Origin: an uncultured Alphaproteobacteria bacterium
GTDB taxonomy: Bacteria > Pseudomonadota > Alphaproteobacteria > Sphingomonadales > Sphingomonadaceae
Direction of reading: 5' to 3'
Assembly: GCA_963751145.1 (NCBI GenBank)
Contig: CAVVTJ010000007.1
Coordinates: 106,136-170,135, forward strand
DNA length: 64,000 bases
Below are positions 57,289 to 64,000 of the stretch, piece by piece. Position numbers and translations under genes: made by a program. The notes under the pieces are model-generated. The model was not told the origin of the DNA, searched no databases, and saw only the letters and a list, made by a program, of their open reading frames with translations. Numbering within the stretch: the first letter of the stretch is position 1; each line of letters opens with the position of its first letter.

Positions 57289-59565
57289 ATGGCCAGCGAC
57301 AATTCGCCCTTGGTGCCAATCGGCAGCGATCCGCCGCTTGGCGCTGCACTGCAGCAAAAGCATTGGCGCAAGCCGTTGGACTTGTCCAGCGCCCTTGTGC
57401 GCGTCGCTGCGCGGGTCGAAAAATTCCTAGAAAGCGCCGGATACGATCTTGGCCCCTGGCCCGTTGCCGGGCTGGCGGTGGGCATCGCAGCGTGGTTTGC
57501 CGGCGGCAATTCGTGGCAGTGGGTGGCAGCAATTGCGCTGGGCCTGGGTGCGGCACTGGGCGCCAGCGCGGCGATGGGATCAGAGGGCCGTTTCACGCTG
57601 CTGCGCCGCGCGGTGCAGGTGATGGGGATTGCCTTTGCAGGTGGCTGCGCGCTGGTCTGGGCCAAGGCCGCGCTGATCGGCACGCCGCCGATCGAACGGC
57701 CGATGGTGGTCAGGATCGATGCCCGGGTGCTTTCGCGGGAAGAATTGCCTGCCGACGAAAAGGTCAGGCTGATCGTGGCAACGCGCGATCCCGAAAGCGG
57801 CCGCGCCATTGCCGTTCGGGTGTCGTTAAATAGCACAGCCGATAGCGCCGGGATTACCGAGGGTTCGCTGCTGCGGCTGCGGGCGCGCCTGGTCCCGCCA
57901 GCGCCGCCGATGTTGCCCGGTGGATGTGATTTTGCCCGCAGTGCGTGGTTTTCGGGGCTGGCAGCAACCGGGAGCGTGCTGGGGCCGATCGAAGTGCTGC
58001 AGCCGGGCAAGGAAGGCGGCTTGATCCAGTCGGCCCAGCGCAGCCTTTCGCATCACGTCCGCTCGCAACTGAGCGGTTCGCCCGGGACGCTGGCGGCGGC
58101 CTTTGCCAGCGGGGATCGCGGGGCGATCGCGCCTGACGATGAAGACGCGATGCGCGATGCCGGCCTCACGCATTTGCTGTCGATCAGCGGACTGCATGTG
58201 AGCGCGGTTATTGCTGCGGCCTATGTCATTGTCTTGCGGCTGCTGGCGCTGATCCCGTGGCTGGCCTTGCGGCTGCGGCTGCCAATCGTTGCTGCAGGGG
58301 CCGGGGCGGCAGCCGGGATTGGCTACACGCTGCTGACCGGCGCGCAGGTGCCGACCATCCGATCCTGCATAGGGGCAGTGTTGGTGATGCTGGCGCTGGT
58401 GCTGGGGCGCGAGGCCTTGTCGATGCGAATGGTGGCGGTTGCGGCGCTGGTGGTGCTGGTGATCTGGCCGGAAGCCCTGGTTGGGCCGGGCTTCCAGATG
58501 AGCTTTGCCTCGGTGATTGCGATCGTTGCGCTACACGGCTCGGCACCGATGCGCGCTTTTCTGGCTCCCCGCGAAGAGCCAATCTGGCAGCGCTGGTTGC
58601 GGCAGCTAACGGCGATCCTGGCCACCGGTGTGGTGATCGAACTGGCGTTGATGCCGATCGGTCTGTTCCACTTTCACCGCGCCGGGGTTTACGGCGCGCT
58701 GGCCAATGTGATCGCGATTCCTTTGACCACTTTAGCCTCGATGCCGCTGATTGCGCTGGCCTTGCTGTTTGACAGTTTCGGCGCGGGCGCGCCGTTCTGG
58801 TGGCTGGCGGGCAAGTCGCTCGAACTGCTGCTCGCGCTGGCGCATTGGACCGCGGCCTTGCCCGGCGCGGTGACGATGATGCCAGCAATGGGGCAGGGCG
58901 CGTTTGCCTTGTTTGTTGGCGGCGGGCTGTGGCTGGCGTTGTGGCGGGGGCGGGTGCGGCTGTACGGGCTGGCTCCGGCGATGCTGGGGCTGCTGCTGCT
59001 GGGCAGGATTACCCCACCAGACCTGCTAATCTCGGGCGATGGCCGCCATGTCGGGATAACCGGGGAAAGCGCCAGCGAACTTCTGGTGCTGCGCGAAACC
59101 CGAAGTGAATATACCCGCGACAATCTGCTTGAACAGGCCGGGATGGATGGGGAGATCCGGCTGCTTGATGATTGGCCGGGCGCGCGTTGCACCCCAGGGT
59201 TTTGCGCGATCCGGATTGAGCGCGGCGGCCGGACTTGGCAGCTGCTGCTGGCACGCGGCACTGCCATGGTTGAGGAGCGCGCGCTGGCGGCGGCGTGCGA
59301 GCGGGCCGACATCGTAGTTGCGGCGCGCTATCTCCCCTATTCGTGCCAGCCGCGCTGGATCAAGGCGGATCGGCGGATGCTGGATACCACCGGCGGGTTG
59401 ACGATCGATCTGAACCGACAGCGGCTTGATACGGTGGCGCAGCACGAAGGCGAACATGGCTGGTGGAGCCCACCCGCAGCCCGGCAGCGGCGGCCCTGGC
59501 CCGCGCCGACTGCCAGCGGCGATGCCGACGCTGCCAGTGCCAACGTGTCAGCCAAGACGCCTTAG
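57289..59565 (+). CDS. comEC: ComEC/Rec2 family competence membrane protein
   Basis: [37 protein letters not shown]. Start moved to MASDN. Confidence 0.92.
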   Translation: MASDNSPLVPIGSDPPLGAALQQKHWRKPLDLSSALVRVAARVEKFLESAGYDLGPWPVAGLAVGIAAWFAGGNSWQWVAAIALGLGAALGASAAMGSEGRFTLLRRAVQVMGIAFAGGCALVWAKAALIGTPPIERPMVVRIDARVLSREELPADEKVRLIVATRDPESGRAIAVRVSLNSTADSAGITEGSLLRLRARLVPPAPPMLPGGCDFARSAWFSGLAATGSVLGPIEVLQPGKEGGLIQSAQRSLSHHVRSQLSGSPGTLAAAFASGDRGAIAPDDEDAMRDAGLTHLLSISGLHVSAVIAAAYVIVLRLLALIPWLALRLRLPIVAAGAGAAAGIGYTLLTGAQVPTIRSCIGAVLVMLALVLGREALSMRMVAVAALVVLVIWPEALVGPGFQMSFASVIAIVALHGSAPMRAFLAPREEPIWQRWLRQLTAILATGVVIELALMPIGLFHFHRAGVYGALANVIAIPLTTLASMPLIALALLFDSFGAGAPFWWLAGKSLELLLALAHWTAALPGAVTMMPAMGQGAFALFVGGGLWLALWRGRVRLYGLAPAMLGLLLLGRITPPDLLISGDGRHVGITGESASELLVLRETRSEYTRDNLLEQAGMDGEIRLLDDWPGARCTPGFCAIRIERGGRTWQLLLARGTAMVEERALAAACERADIVVAARYLPYSCQPRWIKADRRMLDTTGGLTIDLNRQRLDTVAQHEGEHGWWSPPAARQRRPWPAPTASGDADAASANVSAKTP

Positions 59566-60245
59566 TGGTAGCGGCGCAGCAGACCGGCGAGCTTGCCCTG
59601 AACCACCACTTCAGACGGATCATAGAGCTGCGGTTCGTATGCCGCATTGGCCGGATCAAGCCGCACCCGGCCGCTTTCGCGCCGCAGGTACTTGAGCGTT
59701 GCTTCCTCTCCGCGAACCAGTGCAACCACAATTTCGCCATCGCGGGCGGTATCGGTGCGGCGGATCAGGGCGTAATCGCCATCGAGAATGCCGGCATCGA
59801 TCATCGAATCGCCTGATACTTCAAGCGCATAGTGTTCGCCCGATCCCAGCAAGGCTGCGGGCACCGGCAGCATCGCGGCGGTTTCCATCGCTTCGATCGG
59901 AACACCTGCCGCAATCCGGCCGTGCAGCGGAATGTGAATCACATCGTTGGCCGGGGATGGCCGCGCCGGTTCGGGCCGCTTGAGTTCAACCACATTGTCA
60001 GACTTGGCGAACGGTGCCTTGCTCGACACGTCTTCAGGCTGCTTGAGCACCTCGAGCGCACGCGCCCGGTTGGGCAAACGGCGGATAAAGCCGCGTTCTT
60101 CCAGTGCCGAGATCAGCCGGTGCACCCCCGACTTCGATTTGAGATCGAGCGCTTCCTTCATTTCCTCAAACGAAGGGGAAACCCCGGTTTCCTCCAGCTT
60201 GGCCTGGATATAACGGATCAGTTCGTGCTGCTTGCGGGTTAGCAT
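59562..60245 (-). CDS. lexA: SOS repressor LexA
   Basis: [18 protein letters not shown] autocleavage site, GDSM Ser, EATLK Lys. Confidence 0.98.
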   Translation of the reverse strand: MLTRKQHELIRYIQAKLEETGVSPSFEEMKEALDLKSKSGVHRLISALEERGFIRRLPNRARALEVLKQPEDVSSKAPFAKSDNVVELKRPEPARPSPANDVIHIPLHGRIAAGVPIEAMETAAMLPVPAALLGSGEHYALEVSGDSMIDAGILDGDYALIRRTDTARDGEIVVALVRGEEATLKYLRRESGRVRLDPANAAYEPQLYDPSEVVVQGKLAGLLRRYH

Positions 60246-60283
60246 GCGCGCGGGCTCCCAAAAAGAGCGGCCAGGGGATGAAT

Positions 60284-60316
60284 GTTCCTGCGCCGTTCAG
60301 TGAACGAATGCGGAAC
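60284..60316. promoter_or_regulatory. Two alphaproteobacterial LexA (SOS) boxes in opposite orientation
   Basis: GTTC-CTGCGCC-GTTC (60284-60298) and GAAC-GAATGCG-GAAC (60302-60316), both exact N7, directly upstream of lexA. Confidence 0.9.
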
Positions 60317-60340
60317 AATTAAGCAACAGATTCGCTGCCG

Positions 60341-61564
60341 TCAAGCAATACCGCCATTTTCGAGCAGATAGGCCCGGACCATGCTGTTTGCCGCTGCCGG
60401 CGGGGCCGATGCCGGCCGTTCGATCAGGGCATTGCTCGCCCCCAATGCGGCCAGCGCGCCGCTATCCTGATTGACCGCGGTGGTCAGGCTTGTGCCGTCC
60501 CAGTGCGCGCGCAGGAATTCCTGCCGATCGCCGCCCTGAGGCAAGGCATGTGCCAGCGCGGCCATAAATGCGCGCGGCAGCGGCGCGGCAGCACCCAGCA
60601 TTGCGCGCAGCAAAGGCAGCAGGAACAGGAATGCGGTGACGTGGCTGGAAACGGGATTGCCGGGCAGTCCCAGCACGATCTGGCTGCCCTTACGTGCGAC
60701 CAGCAACGGCTTGCCCGGCTTGATCGCCACTTTCCAGAAATCGATCTCAGCGCCCCAGGCCGCAAGCGCGGGGCGGACCAGATCGTGATCACCCACCGAA
60801 GCACCGCCGCTGGTGACGATCAGATCGGCTTCGGCGCATTGGTCGAGCGCGGCCACAAGTGCTTCGATCCGGTCTGCTACCGGGCCGATCCGCGTTATTG
60901 TGCAGGGCACCGCGCAGCGGGCCTGCGCGGCCAACATCGCGCCGTTGCTGGCGGGGATCTGATGAACCGCGCAATTCTCGGGATCGCCCGCCAATTCATC
61001 GCCGCTATCGATCACGGCCAGCCGCGGCAGGCGGCGCACCGCAACCAGTCGCTGGCCCGCCGAGAGCGTAAGCGCGACCTGGGCCGGTCCGATCCTGGCC
61101 CCTTTGGCGAGCAGTTCGGCGCCTTCGGCAAAATCCATGCCCCGGCGGCGGATGTGGCGGTTGAGAGGTGCGGGCGGAGTGCCGGTCAGCTTTAGGGCTG
61201 AACCTTCGCGCGCGGCATCTTCTTGCATCAGCACCATGTCGGCGTTGTCTGGCAGCAGCGCGCCAGTAGCAATCCGCACCGCTTGACCCGGCTCCAGTCG
61301 GCCCGCAAAGGGGTGCCCGCAAGCGCTTTCACCCACCACTTGCCACGGCCCCGGCAAATCAGCGGCCCGCAGCGCATAGCCGTCCATTGCAGACAAATCC
61401 GCCGGAGGCTGCGTCCGGCGGGCCACGAGCGGTTCGGCCAGGTAGCGCCCCAGCGCTTCATCGGGCGGCACGCGTTCGATCGGCAAAAGTGCTGCCAGCT
61501 CAAGCAGCCGCCTTTGCGCCTGGTCTAGTGGCAGCGGCGCGGCCATTATTCGCTCGCCCGCCAA
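60341..61564 (-). CDS. moeA: Molybdopterin molybdotransferase MoeA
   Basis: [36 protein letters not shown]. Confidence 0.95.
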   Translation of the reverse strand: MAGERIMAAPLPLDQAQRRLLELAALLPIERVPPDEALGRYLAEPLVARRTQPPADLSAMDGYALRAADLPGPWQVVGESACGHPFAGRLEPGQAVRIATGALLPDNADMVLMQEDAAREGSALKLTGTPPAPLNRHIRRRGMDFAEGAELLAKGARIGPAQVALTLSAGQRLVAVRRLPRLAVIDSGDELAGDPENCAVHQIPASNGAMLAAQARCAVPCTITRIGPVADRIEALVAALDQCAEADLIVTSGGASVGDHDLVRPALAAWGAEIDFWKVAIKPGKPLLVARKGSQIVLGLPGNPVSSHVTAFLFLLPLLRAMLGAAAPLPRAFMAALAHALPQGGDRQEFLRAHWDGTSLTTAVNQDSGALAALGASNALIERPASAPPAAANSMVRAYLLENGGIA

Positions 61565-62019
61565 TGGCCAGACTTGCCGCCGCGCTTTTCGATCAGGCGT
61601 AGATCGCTGATGACCATGCCTTTGTCGATTGCCTTGGCCATGTCATAAATTGTCAAAAGTGCGATGGAGGTGGCTGTCAATGCTTCCATTTCAACGCCAG
61701 TTCGTCCGGTGAGCGCGGCGCTTGCCGTAACCAGCACGGCGTCGTCCTCAATTGCAAAATCGACCGTTACCGAAGTCAGCGCGAGCGGATGGCACAGCGG
61801 AATAAGGTCTGCGGTCTTTTTCGCTGCCATAATCCCAGCGATCCTAGCCGCGGCAAGGACGTCGCCCTTGGGCACCGAGCCATCGCGAATAGCTGCCAAG
61901 GCGGCCTGGTTCACCCGGATCCGGCCTGAAGCGATGGCCACGCGCTGCGTTTCGGCCTTGCCGCCGACATCGACCATGCGGGCCTTGCCCTGGGCGTCGA
62001 GGTGGGTGAGTTCAGCCAT
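61546..62019 (-). CDS. moaC: Cyclic pyranopterin monophosphate synthase
   Basis: LTHLD..G.ARMVDV, LIPLCHP, GVEMEAL, KRGGKSG. Start moved to MAELT. Confidence 0.96.
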   Translation of the reverse strand: MAELTHLDAQGKARMVDVGGKAETQRVAIASGRIRVNQAALAAIRDGSVPKGDVLAAARIAGIMAAKKTADLIPLCHPLALTSVTVDFAIEDDAVLVTASAALTGRTGVEMEALTATSIALLTIYDMAKAIDKGMVISDLRLIEKRGGKSGHWRASE

Positions 62020-62800
62020 GCAGTAGCCCCCGCGTAGCTGCAGCCACATCTTGCTGCCGCATCAGGCTCTCTCCAACCAGGAAGGTTCGGATCCCGGCTT
62101 GCTCGAGCCGCAGCAGATCGGCGTGGTGGTTGATCCCGCTTTCGCTAACCAGCAGGGTGCCTGCCGGCACCAGCGAAACCAGACGCTCGCTGGTCGCCAG
62201 ATCGGTTACGAACTGTTTCAGATCGCGGTTATTGACCCCGATCAGCCGTGATTTCAATGCATTTGCCCGCGCCATTTCAGTTTCGTTGTGAACTTCGACC
62301 AGCACGTCCATCCCGCGTTCAAGCGCGGCCGCTTCGATCTCAGCCATCTCGGTATCGCCCAGCGCGGCGACGATAATCAGGATCGCGTCGGCGCCGATCG
62401 CCCGGGCCTCGGCCACTTGCCAGGTATCGACCATGAAGTCCTTGCGCAGCACCGGCAGATCGCAGGCGGCGCGGGCGGCGATCAGGTAGTCCTCGTGCCC
62501 TTGGAAATAGGGTGCATCAGTCAGGACCGAAAGGCACGTCGCGCCGCCGGCCTGATAAGCGCGGGCGTGGTCGGCGGGATCGAAGTCTGCCCGGATCAGA
62601 CCTTTTGACGGGCTGGCCTTCTTGATTTCGGCAATCAGGGCATAGCCGCAGGCTGCCTTGGCGCGCAGAGCCGCCTCAAACCCGCGCGGCGCGCTTTGCG
62701 ATGCGGCATGGGCATCAAGATCGGCCAGCGAAGCCAGCGCCTTGCGCGCGGCTACTTCTTCGCGCTTGGTGGCCCAGATTTCGGCGAGTTTGTCGGTCAT
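62012..62800 (-). CDS. trpC: Indole-3-glycerol phosphate synthase
   Basis: [39 protein letters not shown]. Confidence 0.97.
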   Translation of the reverse strand: MTDKLAEIWATKREEVAARKALASLADLDAHAASQSAPRGFEAALRAKAACGYALIAEIKKASPSKGLIRADFDPADHARAYQAGGATCLSVLTDAPYFQGHEDYLIAARAACDLPVLRKDFMVDTWQVAEARAIGADAILIIVAALGDTEMAEIEAAALERGMDVLVEVHNETEMARANALKSRLIGVNNRDLKQFVTDLATSERLVSLVPAGTLLVSESGINHHADLLRLEQAGIRTFLVGESLMRQQDVAAATRGLLHG

Positions 62801-62849
62801 TGCCTGTGCCCTAGCCACTGGGTGAAGGCTAGTCGAGAGCTTTGCGCGG

Positions 62850-62932
62850 GGGCTTCGATAGGCTCAGCCCGAGCGGAGGTTTGTTCAATGCGCTAACATG
62901 AATTCCCGCTCAGGCTGAGCCTGTCGAAGCCC
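62850..62932. repeat. REP-like palindromic element, copy 3 (degenerate extra arm at about 62814-62840)
   Basis: GGGCTTCGATAGGCTCAGCCCGAGCGG ... CCCGCTCAGGCTGAGCCTGTCGAAGCCC between trpD and trpC. Confidence 0.88.
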
Positions 62933-62946
62933 ACAGCGTGAGAACG

Positions 62947-63912
62947 CTACTTCACCGTTTCGATCCAGCAATCAAGCAGTGCCTTTGGCAATCCCTTGTC
63001 GATTGCTTCGGCAGCTTCCTCGGTGCCTTCGAACCAATCCCCGGCTTGCCCGACTACGACCAAAGCTGCGGCGGCGTTGAGCACAACCGCATCACGGTAG
63101 GCCCCCGGTTCTCCGTCCAGCAGGCGGCGAAGCGCCGCCGCGTTGAAAGCCGCATCGCCGCCGCGCAGATCGTCCAGGCTATGCGGCATCAGCCCGGCGT
63201 CGCCCGGGATCAGCTGTGTCGGGCAATTGGGCAGGCCGATCGCGGCAAGATAGCTGGGCCCGGCGATCGAAAGCTCGTCCAGCCCTTCCTCGCCCGAGAC
63301 GATCAGCGCGGTTTCGCTGCCGAGCAACTGCATCGCATCGCGGTAGAGCGCGATCAGGTTGGGGTGGGAAACGCCGACCAGCTGGCGGGTCACTCCGGCG
63401 GGATTGGCGAGCGGTCCGGTGAGGTTGAAAATTGTCCGCCGGCCCAGGCTTTTGCGGATCGGCGCGACCCGGGCCAAAGCCGGATGGTGGGCCTGCGCAA
63501 ACAGGAAGGCGATGCCCAGATCGGGCAGGGTCGCCTCGGCCATTTCGCTGGCGCGTTGCAGGTTGAGCCCCAGTGCTTCGAGCGTATCGGCGCCGCCAGC
63601 CAAACTGGAGGCGGCGCGGTTGCCGTGTTTGGCCACCGGCACATCGCAAGCCGCCACTACCAGCGCCACAGCGGTTGAGACATTGAGCGAATGCTGGCCA
63701 TCGCCGCCAGTGCCGCAGACGTCGATCGCATTATCAGGCGCTGCGATGCGCCGCATCCGCGCGCGCATGGCCAGCACCGCGCCGGCGATTTCATGCGCGC
63801 TTTCTCCGCGATCGGCCAACTGGGTCAGGGTATTGGCAATCTCATGGTCTGACAGTTCACCATCAAGCATCTGCCCGAACAGGGCCTCAGCCTCAGCCAG
63901 AGACAGGCTCAT
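62947..63912 (-). CDS. trpD: Anthranilate phosphoribosyltransferase
   Basis: DVCGTGGDG..SLNVST, KHGNR, RTIFNLTGPLANP, GLDE. Confidence 0.97.
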   Translation of the reverse strand: MSLSLAEAEALFGQMLDGELSDHEIANTLTQLADRGESAHEIAGAVLAMRARMRRIAAPDNAIDVCGTGGDGQHSLNVSTAVALVVAACDVPVAKHGNRAASSLAGGADTLEALGLNLQRASEMAEATLPDLGIAFLFAQAHHPALARVAPIRKSLGRRTIFNLTGPLANPAGVTRQLVGVSHPNLIALYRDAMQLLGSETALIVSGEEGLDELSIAGPSYLAAIGLPNCPTQLIPGDAGLMPHSLDDLRGGDAAFNAAALRRLLDGEPGAYRDAVVLNAAAALVVVGQAGDWFEGTEEAAEAIDKGLPKALLDCWIETVK

Positions 63913-64000
63913 GCCAGTTCCTTGACCGCAATTCCGCAGATCCGCAGGTAATTGGCCAGCATCGCGTGGCCGTGTTCGGTGGCGATGCTTTCGGGGTGGA
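63909..64000 (-). CDS. trpG: Anthranilate synthase component II, C-terminal fragment
   Basis: Reads HPESIATEHGHAMLANYLRICGIAVKELA*; HPES is the class I glutamine amidotransferase motif; ATGA overlap with trpD. Confidence 0.9.
   Translation of the reverse strand, partial: HPESIATEHGHAMLANYLRICGIAVKELA

Noticed and set aside
30488-62932. CRISPR array or integron attC sites
   Set aside because: The repeats are dispersed inverted pairs, not regularly spaced direct repeats; there are no cas or intI genes and no GTTRRRY cores at the nuo insert junctions.
1-64000. Prophage, IS, tRNA, rRNA or anti-phage defence genes
   Set aside because: No recognisable integrase, transposase, structural phage, cloverleaf, rRNA or defence-domain motifs were found on either strand by inspection.

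Overview
High-GC alphaproteobacterial chromosome segment. Gene content, gene order and repeat types point to Sphingomonadales, probably Novosphingobium/Erythrobacteraceae-like (inference). It is mostly core genes: an exosortase-associated AsnB-type amidotransferase (5'-truncated), sdhB-paaI-zapE, rne/amiC/PBP1A, prfB, amt, thiolase, aldehyde dehydrogenase, a complete nuoA-N operon followed by birA-coaX-rnj, gltA, comEC, lexA with two SOS boxes, moeA-moaC and trpG-D-C. I found no rRNA, tRNA, CRISPR array, integrase or transposase. Four things stand out. (1) An 18-aa ORF below the ORF-track cut-off (MQTEFDFWDSLERVLGRR) has its own GGAGG RBS and terminator and lies downstream of a CHASE2-EAL phosphodiesterase gene; a phased GANTC cluster and a structured region lie between them. 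(2) Two paralogous LuxR-HTH proteins with C-terminal membrane anchors flank a polytopic membrane protein. (3) Seven junctions of the nuo operon carry inserted DNA (four signal-peptide genes with even Cys counts, one micro-ORF segment, two palindromic repeats), and almost all keep stop/start overlap. (4) Next to a TipN-like gene, both an Hpt-like protein and a histidine-kinase-like protein lack the phospho-acceptor His, and CtrA-like boxes are present. All product names come from recognising motifs by eye; no searches were run.
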